From contig JAHBUL010000014.1 of assembly GCA_019638085.1 (NCBI GenBank), positions 4,472-68,471 on the forward strand: a stretch of DNA of 64,000 nt. The letters are read 5' to 3'. The position numbers were made by a program, and so were the translations under genes. Shown in pieces: positions 1-9,830 of the stretch (position 1 is the first letter of the stretch; each line of letters starts with the position of its first letter). The stretch comes from Flavobacteriales bacterium (lineage in GTDB: Bacteria; Bacteroidota; Bacteroidia; Flavobacteriales_F; PHOS-HE28). The notes under the pieces were generated by a model, which was not told the DNA's origin, ran no database searches, and saw only the letters and a list, made by a program, of their open reading frames with translations.

Positions 1-1832
1 GCAGAGGTCACACTATAGGTGAAGCTGCCGTCCGCGTCCGTAGCCGGGTTGAATGTGCCGGACATCCCGGTACCGTTGGCGGTAGTCCAACTCCCTCCCG
101 GTGTAGGAGTGCCGCCCAACATATCGATCAAGGCAAAGGAGGGCTGCGTGGGGCAGATGACGATGGAGGAATCCGCCCCTGGATCCGGTCCCGCATCAAA
201 GGTTATGGTTACACTATCGGTCACCGCGCAGTCTGCAAATCCTGCCGGATGCACCGTCACGAAGTATTCGGTCGTGGTGTCCACGGTGGCCACAGGTGAC
301 GCAATGCCGGGGTTCGAGAGGCCGGTCGTCGGCGTCCATGACCACACCAGACCAGTGGCGGAACCGGTCACTCCGGCTTGCAAGGTCATGGGGTCACCAC
401 AGCTTAAAGAGTCGTTTCCTGCGTTCACCACCAAGGCTGCGCCATCCACCACGGTGAAGGTGTCCACAGCGGTGCAACCCAGATCATCCTCCACGACGAT
501 GGAGTATGATCCTGCACAAATGCCGCTGGCGGTGGTGGCTGCAGTTCCCGCCAACGAATTGCTCCATGCATAACTGAACGGTGCCGCTCCACCGCTCACC
601 GTAACGGCGGCCGTGCCATTGCATGCGGAAGGGCAGATCGTCGCCACGGTGGTCACGTTAGCGGTCATCGTGTTATCCACCACGGGTATGGTCAGTATCA
701 GCGAGCTGGACTGGCCACACAGGTCCGGGTAGGTAAAGGTCAGTACAAGCTGTTCCGTCCCTTCAGACAAGAAATCCTCAAAGGCATCAATGTCGAAGGT
801 GATGGTTGATTGACCGACAGGAAAACTGAATATGGCCGGAACGGCAGTATGGTCCGTGCCGTTCGTGGTGGACCCCCCAACGGAAACCGCGACATCCATC
901 GTGGTCTGGGTATCGGAGCGGGTGAGTGTGAGCGTAGCTCCGGCACATCCTTCAACGAGTTGGCCTAAAGGGCTCTCCGTTTCAGCCTCCACGGTCAATG
1001 GATTCGGGCTGCTGAAGCTCCCCCCTTCCAAGAAGACACCACTATCCAATATGGGATCACCCGCATCGGCTATGGCGATCTTCAGGTGATAGGTCTGCCC
1101 GCACTGTACCGTGGCAAAAGCCGTTAAGGGCACCGTGAAGCCATCGAACTGGATATACTGTGGGTCACTGTTCCATGGAAAGCTAAAGCCGTCCCCGTTA
1201 TCCACATAATAGGCGGCGTTGCTGGTGGTGTTCACGTTATCGATGGCCACTGGCGTACTGGTGCCCGGGATCAGCGCGATGTTCATGGCGTTGTTCATGT
1301 ACGGACCGGTGATCCCAGGACCGCTGAGAAAGAAGCCGAACACATCATTGTATCCCGCGTTCACGAACTCCAAATATTCCTCCGAAGCGAAAACGTAGTT
1401 GAACGAGATCTCATCCCCCGAGGGCACCAGATCGAACTCCAGAACGGCCCCGTCAAACGTGAACGCACTGCTGATCTGGTCCAGATCGAAATCGCCGGGA
1501 CCACCGATCCCGGCCCCCGGCAGTGTTGCGCCATCCGACGTGTTGGGGCCCAATGCCACTGCGATATCGCCAGTACTGAGCAAGAGCCCTTGTGCGAGGC
1601 CCGCGTTGGATCCCACACCATTGAAGCTGCCGATCTGCATGTTGGAAAAACCGGCAGGCTGACCATTGAACGTGATGTTGCTCACGGTAACGCCCCCGCC
1701 CAGCAGCACATTTTCCACAAGGTATTGGACCGACACGGTATTATTAACCGTCAACTGCGCCTGTACCAGGGTTGAAAGACCGTACAGGAGGAACAAGGGG
1801 AGGATCCTACAAAGGGAAATACGGGGTCGCAT
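1..1832 (-). CDS. Large secreted cell-surface protein with SprB-type Ig-like repeats; only the N-terminal 610 codons are in the window and the gene continues beyond position 1
   Basis: Hand translation of the minus strand from ATG at 1832 gives a signal peptide (MRPRISLCRILPLFLLYGLSTLVQAQ) followed by an open frame. A checked segment near 541-660 reads NVTTVATICPSACNGTAAVTVSGGAAPFSYAWSN, a SprB repeat. No stop codon occurs before the window edge, which explains why it is missing from the ORF track. The plus-strand ORFs 19-573 etc. are shadows of it. Confidence 0.6.
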   Translation of the reverse strand, partial: MRPRISLCRILPLFLLYGLSTLVQAQLTVNNTVSVQYLVENVLLGGGVTVSNITFNGQPAGFSNMQIGSFNGVGSNAGLAQGLLLSTGDIAVALGPNTSDGATLPGAGIGGPGDFDLDQISSAFTFDGAVLEFDLVPSGDEISFNYVFASEEYLEFVNAGYNDVFGFFLSGPGITGPYMNNAMNIALIPGTSTPVAIDNVNTTSNAAYYVDNGDGFSFPWNSDPQYIQFDGFTVPLTAFATVQCGQTYHLKIAIADAGDPILDSGVFLEGGSFSSPNPLTVEAETESPLGQLVEGCAGATLTLTRSDTQTTMDVAVSVGGSTTNGTDHTAVPAIFSFPVGQSTITFDIDAFEDFLSEGTEQLVLTFTYPDLCGQSSSLILTIPVVDNTMTANVTTVATICPSACNGTAAVTVSGGAAPFSYAWSNSLAGTAATTASGICAGSYSIVVEDDLGCTAVDTFTVVDGAALVVNAGNDSLSCGDPMTLQAGVTGSATGLVWSWTPTTGLSNPGIASPVATVDTTTEYFVTVHPAGFADCAVTDSVTITFDAGPDPGADSSIVICPTQPSFALIDMLGGTPTPGGSWTTANGTGMSGTFNPATDADGSFTYSVTS

Positions 1833-1971
1833 GGCTTCCATGTTCTGTGCAACTAGCTTCACGGATTCGAAGCCGAAGCGTGCTTATTATGGAGACCAAA
1901 CTTATTTCGTGCGGGAAGGCCGCACAATCCCACATTAGGGGGATGCCTGTGAAGAGATCCGAAACAGGCTC

Positions 1972-3048
1972 CTAGGCCATCGCTCCCACTTGGCGGAGGT
2001 ACACCAAGTGTGACCAGAGCGCACTACGCAGCGTGGGAAACTCGCGATAGCGAACGTTGAATTCCGTGCATACTTCCTTCAAGCGCTTGTTCAGCGCGGG
2101 ATAGTGGATGTGGCTCACCTTCGGGAAGAGGTGATGCTCCACTTGGAAATTCAGACCGCCGAAAAGCCAATTCCACAGCTTGTTCCCGGTAGCAAAATTG
2201 GCGGTAGTGGCCAACTGGTGGATGGCCCATTCGTTCTCGATGCTTCCACCATCCACTTTGGGATCCACGAATTCAGCATGTTCCACCACGTGCGCCAATT
2301 GGAACACCACCGCAATGAAGAGTCCGGTAACGAACACCATCACACCGTAACCCACCAAGGTGGGAACCACACCGGCGAAGAACATGGGCAATACCAGGAA
2401 CACCGATATATAAGTCACCTTGGTGACCCAGAAGATGATGTGTTCCTTCCGGCTCATCGGTTTCATGTACGTATTGTCCGCGATCTTACCGGTGAAATAC
2501 TTCTTGATATCGTTGTAGAAGATCCAGAACAAATAGGTGAGCCCGTACAGCAAGAGGCCATAGATGTGTTGGAACCGATGGAACCAATGGCGGGGCTGCC
2601 CTTCATGCACGCGCACCCATGGCTTGATGTCAATATCGTCATCCATGCCCTCCACATTGGTGAAGGTGTGATGATTCACGTTGTGCTTCATCTTCCAGAA
2701 GTGAACACTTCCGCCCAAGAGATTGAGGGAGTGGCCCATCATTTCGTTCACCCACTTGTGTCGGCTATAGCTTCCATGGGCACCATCGTGCATCACGTTG
2801 AAGCCGACACTTGCGACTACAACGCCGAGCACGGCACATAGGCCCAAGGCGACAATGATGGAGGATGGCGTGAAGAAGACGAGCAGGATGTACAGGCCGA
2901 CCAAGGCCGTGAGCAGGATGGCGGTCTTCCAATACAAGCGACCATCGCCCGTTCGGCGTAGGTTGTTCTCCTTGAAATAGGCATCAGTGACCTCCCTCAA
3001 GCGAAGGAAGAATACAGGAGGGGTCTTGGCAAAAATGGGTTGAGACAT
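1972..3048 (-). CDS. Membrane fatty-acid desaturase (three histidine boxes)
   Basis: His boxes HDGAH, HNVNHH and QVEHHLFP, with multiple TM segments. The start is trimmed to the internal ATG (MSQPIFAKT...) at 3048 because the ORF-track N-terminus lacks desaturase features. Confidence 0.85.
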   Translation of the reverse strand: MSQPIFAKTPPVFFLRLREVTDAYFKENNLRRTGDGRLYWKTAILLTALVGLYILLVFFTPSSIIVALGLCAVLGVVVASVGFNVMHDGAHGSYSRHKWVNEMMGHSLNLLGGSVHFWKMKHNVNHHTFTNVEGMDDDIDIKPWVRVHEGQPRHWFHRFQHIYGLLLYGLTYLFWIFYNDIKKYFTGKIADNTYMKPMSRKEHIIFWVTKVTYISVFLVLPMFFAGVVPTLVGYGVMVFVTGLFIAVVFQLAHVVEHAEFVDPKVDGGSIENEWAIHQLATTANFATGNKLWNWLFGGLNFQVEHHLFPKVSHIHYPALNKRLKEVCTEFNVRYREFPTLRSALWSHLVYLRQVGAMA

Positions 3049-3301
3049 GGAATGGTCCGGAAGGGGAAGGGATATGCGGTAAAGGTACAAAGCCTGACAG
3101 CCCATTTCGCGTGTTACGGGGTATTGTTGGCAGTTCATGGCTCGGGCACTGAAAGAACAGCCCTCCAACAAATCTCACAGGGGCACTTGCAAATTCGCTG
3201 GATCCCACTAATTTCGCCCCGCTTTGGGCCGAATGTTCTTTGGCGAGAAACTTCAGCTGGGCAAAAACCTCAAAAAAACACTCACTCAGTCAGTCGAACT
3301 C

Positions 3302-3700
3302 ATGAACATTTACGTCGCCAACATTGCGTACTCAGTACAGGACCAGGACCTCCGCGAGCTTTTCGAAGCTCATGGCGAGGTGACCTCGGCCAAGATCATC
3401 ATGGACAAAGCCACCAACAGGAGCCGCGGCTTCGGTTTCGTGGAGATGTCCGACGACGATAGCGGACGTGCCGCGATCGAAGCGACCAACGGCAGCGCGT
3501 TCCATGGCCGTGACCTCGTTGTGAACGAAGCCCGTCCCCGCACCGAAGGTGCTGGCGACCGTGGTGGATACCGTGGTGGAAACGACGGCGGTGGCGGTGG
3601 ATATCGCGGTGGTGGCGATCGCGGTGGATACCGTGGTGGCAGCGACCGCGGTGGCAGCGACCGCGGAGATCGTGGCGGATACCGTCGCGACGAATACTAA
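3302..3700 (+). CDS. RRM-type RNA-binding protein with a C-terminal RGG/glycine-rich tail
   Basis: RNP-1 motif RGFGFVEM and RNP-2 NIYVANIAYSV. The C-terminus carries GGYRGG/DRGG repeats. Start is at the ATG at 3302 (MNIYVAN...). Confidence 0.85.
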   Translation: MNIYVANIAYSVQDQDLRELFEAHGEVTSAKIIMDKATNRSRGFGFVEMSDDDSGRAAIEATNGSAFHGRDLVVNEARPRTEGAGDRGGYRGGNDGGGGGYRGGGDRGGYRGGSDRGGSDRGDRGGYRRDEY

Positions 3701-3723
3701 GAAAGAACCTACTTTGCATCGAA

Positions 3724-3751
3724 AGCCCTCTGGTATGCCAGGGGGCTTTTT
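3724..3751 (+). terminator. Rho-independent terminator after the RRM gene
   Basis: GC hairpin gccctctgg/ccagggggc immediately followed by TTTTT, 24 nt after the stop. Confidence 0.5.
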
Positions 3752-3870
3752 CGTTGGTCAAGTACCCGAACGCCTTAGCACCTTCACCTGTGATCGCTGG
3801 CCAAAAAACGGTAATGTCACAGGCTGTGTCCGAGTTGCCGATGGCAAGTCCGGGTACCTTTGCGGCCCTC

Positions 3871-6360
3871 ATGCAGATCCGTGTTATTCTACTCTTGTTG
3901 TGTGCTTTGACCTCCGTCCAACTATTGGCCCAACGTGGTCCGGGCGGGTCCAGGTCCAACGGTCAAGTGTATGGTCGGTTGGTGGACGAAAACCGGAAGC
4001 CCGTCCCCTTCGCCAGTGTCAGCATCTTGCTGGGCGATAGTCTTGTAGGAGGCGCCTTGGTGAAGGAGAACGGTGATTTCGATGTACCAAGCCTTCCACT
4101 GGGCACCTTGCACCTGCGCATAGCAGCATTGGGCTATACCACGTTGGAGCAGGACTTCACCCTTACGCGCGAAACCCCCAGTCGCGATATGGGCAATCTG
4201 CATATTGCAGCGGATGCGGTGGTTCTCCAAGCGGCCGAGGTCACGAAGGAGCGTGCCACACAGGTGCTACAGGTGGACCGTAGGGTGTACAATGTGGAGA
4301 AGGACATCAGCATAGCGGGCGGCGATGCAACGGATGTGATGAAGAACATTCCGGGCCTGAGCGTGGATGTGGAAGGCAACGTGGAAATGCGCGGCAAGAG
4401 CCCGATCATTTATGTGGACGGACGGCCGACCACCCTGACGCTGGACCAGATACCCGCCTCAGACATCGAACGCGTGGAGGTGATCACCAATCCCAGTGTG
4501 ATCTTCGACGCGAGCTCCACGGGTGGTATTGTGAACGTGGTGATGAAGAAGACCGTGCGGCCCGGATACAGTGGACAACTTCAGGTGGGTCTGGGTACGG
4601 ACGAACGGTACAATGCGAGCGGCAGCCTACTGATGCGCCAAGGCCGTAGCTCCTTCAATCTCAGCCTCGGCTTTGGCCATGGCTCTCCTTTGGGTTCGGG
4701 GTACAGCAATCGGACAGACCTGGCGGACGGCATGCCGACGGGTTATTTCTTGCAGGACAATACCCGGACCAATGGACGCCTGCGCCAGAATGTACGAATG
4801 AGCTGGGACTATAAGCTGAACGTCCGCAATACGATCAGTCTCATGCAAGGCGTGTATTTCGGTGGTCGCAGTAGCATCGAAGACCAGACCTTCCAGAGCC
4901 TGGATGCAGCTCGGAACCTCATTGGCTCAGGCACTCAGCACAACACCACGGACGGGCATTATGCCAGCTATACCACGCGCGCAGGCTTCATGCGTACGAC
5001 CACTAAGCCCGGCAAGGAATGGAGCACGGATCTCACGTTGAACATCAGCGACCGCGCCTCCCCCTTCACCACCGAGCAGTTCAGCCAAGGAAGCGACATG
5101 ATCTTTCCCGGGCGTAGCTACCAGACGCGTGATGCCAAAGGGAACGATCAGGAATGGACGTGGCAAGCGGACGTATCGGATGCGTATGCCGACAACCGGA
5201 AGCTCGAGTGGGGTTTCAAGGCCAACTACGAGCAGAGCCGCTCCAGCATGGATGTGTCCTTCACGAACGATTCGATGCCCAATTTTCTGCGCGATACGTT
5301 GCTCAGTAATGCCTACCTGATCCAGACCTACGTGAATGCAGCCTATGTGAACTGGAGTGCGAAGCTCACATCGCATTGGTCGCTGCAAACCGGTCTGCGG
5401 TTTGAGCAGAACATCATGGATGCCGAACGCACCGACCGGGGGACTTCCTTCAGCTACAACTACCCCGACGGCTTGGGCGATCTGGGCCGCGTTCTTTTTC
5501 CCGCACTTTACCTGAGTCATAAATGGGATGCGCCGGATGGTAAGCTGCAACGCGAGCTACAGTTCAACGTTTCCCGTAAGGTCAGCCGGCCGAACCATTA
5601 CCAGATGATGCCTTTCATCATGTCCACCGATGCCCGGAGCTATCGGATCGGCAACCCGCTACTACTGCCGGAGATGAGCACCATTTTGGAGGTGAACCAC
5701 CTGCTACCCTTTGGCGATAAGGGCAATTGGCTTTCGTCCCTTTACGGCCGTTTCACCACGGACGTGATCACCAGCTACACCACACCGTTGGAAACCGACC
5801 CGAACATCCTGCTTTCCACGTACGTCAACGGTGATATGAACCAAGGCTTCGGCTGGGAGAATACGGTGAAGCTCACCCTGTGGGAAGGCTTGGAGGCTAC
5901 GGTGAACGGGAACATCCAATGGGTGCAGATCGGCCTTACGCAAAATGGGTCGCCATACACCAACACCGGTACCAACTTCGATGGTAAGGTGAACCTATCC
6001 CAGAAGCTGCCGAAGGGATTCTCGGTACAGGTGAACGCCGACTACACCGGGCCACGCGTGATCCCACAGGGACATACACTGGAGCGCTATTCCTTGGACA
6101 TCTCCGCACGGAAGGAATTGAGCAAAAGCATTTTCCTAACGGCTAGTGCAAACAACATTTTCGATTCGCGGGGCTGGGGTTCCTATACGGAGACGCCCTA
6201 CTTCACGCAGGAGAGCTACCGGAGTTGGGGGAACCGATCCTTCCGTATCTCGGCCACGTGGCGCTTCGGTAAACCGGATGCGCAGTTGTTCCGCAAAAAA
6301 TCCGGACCCATGGAACGCAGTGTGCCGAGCACTAGCGGCGGTGATGGTGGGGGGGAGTGA
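3871..6360 (+). CDS. Outer-membrane beta-barrel protein with an N-terminal carboxypeptidase-regulatory-like domain (TonB-dependent-receptor-like; OMP_b-brl_3 type)
   Basis: Signal peptide MQIRVILLLLCALTSVQLLAQ. A CarbopepD_reg-like stretch (GQVYGRLVDENRKPVPFASVSILL) is followed by a long beta-strand-rich region ending in an aromatic residue. Start is at the ATG at 3871. Confidence 0.7.
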   Translation: MQIRVILLLLCALTSVQLLAQRGPGGSRSNGQVYGRLVDENRKPVPFASVSILLGDSLVGGALVKENGDFDVPSLPLGTLHLRIAALGYTTLEQDFTLTRETPSRDMGNLHIAADAVVLQAAEVTKERATQVLQVDRRVYNVEKDISIAGGDATDVMKNIPGLSVDVEGNVEMRGKSPIIYVDGRPTTLTLDQIPASDIERVEVITNPSVIFDASSTGGIVNVVMKKTVRPGYSGQLQVGLGTDERYNASGSLLMRQGRSSFNLSLGFGHGSPLGSGYSNRTDLADGMPTGYFLQDNTRTNGRLRQNVRMSWDYKLNVRNTISLMQGVYFGGRSSIEDQTFQSLDAARNLIGSGTQHNTTDGHYASYTTRAGFMRTTTKPGKEWSTDLTLNISDRASPFTTEQFSQGSDMIFPGRSYQTRDAKGNDQEWTWQADVSDAYADNRKLEWGFKANYEQSRSSMDVSFTNDSMPNFLRDTLLSNAYLIQTYVNAAYVNWSAKLTSHWSLQTGLRFEQNIMDAERTDRGTSFSYNYPDGLGDLGRVLFPALYLSHKWDAPDGKLQRELQFNVSRKVSRPNHYQMMPFIMSTDARSYRIGNPLLLPEMSTILEVNHLLPFGDKGNWLSSLYGRFTTDVITSYTTPLETDPNILLSTYVNGDMNQGFGWENTVKLTLWEGLEATVNGNIQWVQIGLTQNGSPYTNTGTNFDGKVNLSQKLPKGFSVQVNADYTGPRVIPQGHTLERYSLDISARKELSKSIFLTASANNIFDSRGWGSYTETPYFTQESYRSWGNRSFRISATWRFGKPDAQLFRKKSGPMERSVPSTSGGDGGGE

Positions 6361-6550
6361 TCCTCCACTGGACAAAGAGGTTTACCGCAAAGACGCCACG
6401 AGCGCAATGGATACCAAGAACCGCAGCATTTGATGTTTGCTCCGGATGCATGGCACATACGCAGCTGCTCGTAGACCTCAGGCTGTGCGACCTTGGCACC
6501 TTCCGGTAATACCATTTCGCAATAAAAGATCAACCGAACTCTGCCGCATA

Positions 6551-7525
6551 CTATAGCGGCATCACCTCGAACTTCGGGGAGCCGCGCAACCCTTGTTCAT
6601 CGTAGTAGTCGACGAAGTGCAGCTTGAAGAATTGACCGTCGAGATCCTGTACGATATACACTTGGTTGCTGTACACCTCGTACGTGCCGGTATCAAAGGA
6701 ATAGTCCTTCCAGTCGTAGCCGATGATGTCCTCGTCAGTGCTGAACGGATGAGCGATGGTATCGTTGAGCGACACGCTGGTAAAATCCCCATTCACTTGG
6801 GTCACCCGTGCACCGCTATAACCGTTCACCGTGCCGGTCACCAAATAGGCCAAATAGGGGTCAGGTGCATAGAACTGCTCGGTGTACTGGGTGAACACCA
6901 TGTCATAGCTACCAAACGGCGGAGCTATGGTAACCGTGCTCCCACTGTTGATGCTGAAGTGTGCATAAGGGCGGGCAGGGTCCTTCTGCAGGGTATGGTG
7001 CTGTACATCGGAGCCATCCATGCGGGCAATGCTGAACGCGTATGAGGTGGCATTCACACCGGTCAATTGCAGCTTGCGCAAACCCACCGGCAAACCATTA
7101 GTACCATAGCCGAGATCAAGGATGAATACGGGGAGCTCGCTGCGCCAGTCCTTGAGGGCCACACTGTCGGATCGTCCGTTAGGCAGGTCGATCTTCCATG
7201 TATTTCCGAATCCCGTGGTATCGCTTGGCTGGCTGATATCGGGCTCCATGGCACGATGGGAGCGCATCAAGCGGGCGTAGTTCAACCTCACCTGCCAGCC
7301 ATCCGGGGCGCTCTCGAAGGCGAGATCCCAATCCATCTTGCTGTTCTGTGCCACCACGCTGTAACTGCTGAGGTCGAACCAGAGTTGTTGGTCATAGGCA
7401 GGTCCAACCCGGGCCACACATTCCACGGCATAGCGAGGCTGCTTCGGCACGGGGATCTCGTCCTTCACGCATCCGCTGAAAGCGAGTGCCAACAACACCA
7501 GTCCTATCGTTCCGGAACCTTTCAT
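6551..7525 (-). CDS. HmuY-like heme-binding surface lipoprotein (lipobox LALAFSGC)
   Basis: Lipoprotein signal peptide. It shares the WDLAFE and C-terminal ...DW.xY......YxV....FK..F blocks with the 13740-14981 paralog, a HmuY-family signature. It overlaps the upstream TonB receptor gene by 4 nt. Confidence 0.6.
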   Translation of the reverse strand: MKGSGTIGLVLLALAFSGCVKDEIPVPKQPRYAVECVARVGPAYDQQLWFDLSSYSVVAQNSKMDWDLAFESAPDGWQVRLNYARLMRSHRAMEPDISQPSDTTGFGNTWKIDLPNGRSDSVALKDWRSELPVFILDLGYGTNGLPVGLRKLQLTGVNATSYAFSIARMDGSDVQHHTLQKDPARPYAHFSINSGSTVTIAPPFGSYDMVFTQYTEQFYAPDPYLAYLVTGTVNGYSGARVTQVNGDFTSVSLNDTIAHPFSTDEDIIGYDWKDYSFDTGTYEVYSNQVYIVQDLDGQFFKLHFVDYYDEQGLRGSPKFEVMPL

Positions 7526-9804
7526 AACCGTGTTTCCTTGCTCTTCCCGATGAGGTCCAACGCCAAGCGCACGAAGAGCGTACGGCCGGTGGCGAGCGGT
7601 ACACTTCCGGAACCCGCACCACTATGGGCCCCGCCGTTGCCCAGCGAAGCATTCAGATCGGTGATATTGCCGATGTTCTTGCAACCGATCTGTGCTATTA
7701 GTCGCCTATTGCAGAGTTGCTTGGACACTGACGCATCGGCCATCAGGTAGGATGCGATGCGACCGCGGCCGAGACTGCCATCATCCGTGTAGATATAGCT
7801 CTGCTGCTCGCCTTGGTATTTGGTGAAGAGGTTGATGCTCCACCCCTGCTTTCGCCAATGGCGAGTGGCCTGCAGGTTTACCGCAGGTGAATATTCGTAG
7901 GGGTTGCTACCGATCCGAACACCCACGGTATCGTAGCGCCCCGTGATGGATGTGCCCGCACCGATGGACCAGTGACCGGACTCCCATCCAAGACTGAAGC
8001 TGCCACCGAGCGTGCGGTACTCTCCCACGTTGATGTAGCCATAAAGTGTGCTGCCTTCCTCGGCCAAGGTGATCAGGTTGTGCACCCGGTCATGGAAGCC
8101 GGCGATCTCACCACGCAGCACCCCTTTCTCCAACGCCTTGCGGTAACTGAGCGAGAGGGAGTAGTTATTGGAGGATTCCGCGATCAGATCGGGATTGCCG
8201 TGGATATCATGGTTCACGTCCACGAAATAGAGGTAGAGTTCCTTGAGGGAAGGTGCACGGAAGCCCTCGGCATAGGATCCGCGCAGAGTGAGTGCGGTGT
8301 CCAACTGGAACCGCACATCCACGGAAGGCACCAGTGGTGCATCGTACTGGGTATTGTACGCATAGCGGAATCCCGGCCGGATGATCATGCGGTCCACGGG
8401 TTTCCACTGGGCGCTGACGAACGCGGCATAATCGCCGATCTCCTGATCGGTGCCATCCGCGATACGTTCCCCGGCCCCGGTCTCCAAGTTGAGGTCCATG
8501 CCTACTTCATATCCAAGCCGGGCACTGTCCTTCATGTTTGAGAACGTGCCCCTGATGTTGGTAAGCGTGAAGCGCGAATCATCAGCCTCTCCGGGCACAG
8601 GCCGGGTTTCCATGTTGGTGAGGTCGCGGATCCACATGCTGCGCGTGCGCTGGTAGCGATCGTGCGCCACCAACCCATGGATGCGCTTTCCGTTGCCCAG
8701 GTCGCCGGTCGTGAAGAGCGCATTATCCAACCGTTGGGTGAGGTATTCCGAATCGAATGCGCTTTCATCATAGGGTGCCCGGGGCAAGCCGCGATCGATG
8801 ATGAGGTCCTGCATGAACTCACCCTTGTAATTCAGCGTCCAATTATCATTCAAGGAGTAGCGATAGTTCAACCTTCCGAAATACTGCTCCCTTGGCTTCC
8901 AAGGCTGGTAGCGCGTGGAATCGGCCTCATGCTTCGCAAAATCGTACGTGCTGCTCTGCTCGGGGCTCCATCCCCCGAAATAGTTCCTACCCAACGTGAT
9001 CAACAGGTCGCTTTTTCCGAAGCGCTTGCCGGCAGCCACGGAAAGATTGAGCCTTCCAACCTGCTCCACATAAGAGATAGCCTTCAGCGACGAGGTGTTG
9101 CCACTGTTCTTGCGGGTGATCAGGTTGATGGTACCCGCCAAGGCATTGGTACCGTAGCTCACGCTGAGCGGACCTTCCAATATCTCCACACGATCGATAC
9201 CACTCAGGTCGATCTGGGTAAGGTCGAGATTTCCATCTTGCCGTCCTATGATGGGCACGCCGTCCACGAGGATCTTCACGTTCTCTCCACCCAAGCCACG
9301 CATGCTCAGCGATGTACCCAGCACATTGTCCTGCGAAAGCCGCATGTTCAATTCCTGGCCCAGCACATCTCCGAGGTTCTGTGCCGCCATCCGCTGTATC
9401 TGTTCCGCATTGATCACGTGCATACGTTGCACGGCCCGGTCGGTACTGGTGGGCTTGTACTGGCCCGTTACCACCAGTTCATCCAGGTTGAAGAATTGTG
9501 CCCTTTGCAAAGAGTAGGTACATGGAGATAGGTTGTAGACGGTATCGATCACCGGATCATAGCCGATGAAATCGATCCGGATGGCCAAGCCCCCTTGCAC
9601 ATCAGCGGCTTGCGCCGGAATGGTGATGGTCCCGTCGGGGCCTGAGACCACAACGCCTTTCGCCGTGGTCTTCAGAACATCCCATTGCACATGTGCGTAA
9701 GGCACGGCCTCCTTGGTGTCCGCCTCCCGTACCGTTAGCGGAACTTGCGCACATACGGCAGCCGAGCTGCTCAGGGCGAGGAGGGCTGCTAGGGTGCGGA
9801 TCAT
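7522..9804 (-). CDS. TonB-dependent outer-membrane receptor, HmuR-like heme receptor by context
   Basis: Signal peptide, a CarbopepD_reg-like N-domain, a TonB plug (DELVVTGQYKPTS ... RVEILEGPLSVSYGTNALAGTINLITRK) and a long beta-barrel ending in a C-terminal aromatic. The gene sits inside the heme operon. Confidence 0.85.
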   Translation of the reverse strand: MIRTLAALLALSSSAAVCAQVPLTVREADTKEAVPYAHVQWDVLKTTAKGVVVSGPDGTITIPAQAADVQGGLAIRIDFIGYDPVIDTVYNLSPCTYSLQRAQFFNLDELVVTGQYKPTSTDRAVQRMHVINAEQIQRMAAQNLGDVLGQELNMRLSQDNVLGTSLSMRGLGGENVKILVDGVPIIGRQDGNLDLTQIDLSGIDRVEILEGPLSVSYGTNALAGTINLITRKNSGNTSSLKAISYVEQVGRLNLSVAAGKRFGKSDLLITLGRNYFGGWSPEQSSTYDFAKHEADSTRYQPWKPREQYFGRLNYRYSLNDNWTLNYKGEFMQDLIIDRGLPRAPYDESAFDSEYLTQRLDNALFTTGDLGNGKRIHGLVAHDRYQRTRSMWIRDLTNMETRPVPGEADDSRFTLTNIRGTFSNMKDSARLGYEVGMDLNLETGAGERIADGTDQEIGDYAAFVSAQWKPVDRMIIRPGFRYAYNTQYDAPLVPSVDVRFQLDTALTLRGSYAEGFRAPSLKELYLYFVDVNHDIHGNPDLIAESSNNYSLSLSYRKALEKGVLRGEIAGFHDRVHNLITLAEEGSTLYGYINVGEYRTLGGSFSLGWESGHWSIGAGTSITGRYDTVGVRIGSNPYEYSPAVNLQATRHWRKQGWSINLFTKYQGEQQSYIYTDDGSLGRGRIASYLMADASVSKQLCNRRLIAQIGCKNIGNITDLNASLGNGGAHSGAGSGSVPLATGRTLFVRLALDLIGKSKETRL

Positions 9805-9830
9805 GGATGACTACGGAGTTGTGGGACTGA

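Noticed and set aside
19-573. 184-aa plus-strand ORF, with neighbours 832-1089 and 1399-1938 (+)
   Set aside because: Antisense shadow ORFs of the long minus-strand SprB-repeat gene. They have low-complexity, Pro/Ala/Val-rich composition, no motifs, and are typical of high-GC reverse frames.
2104-2841. 245-aa plus-strand ORF inside the desaturase gene
   Set aside because: His-rich because it mirrors the desaturase His-box codons. It is an antisense artefact.
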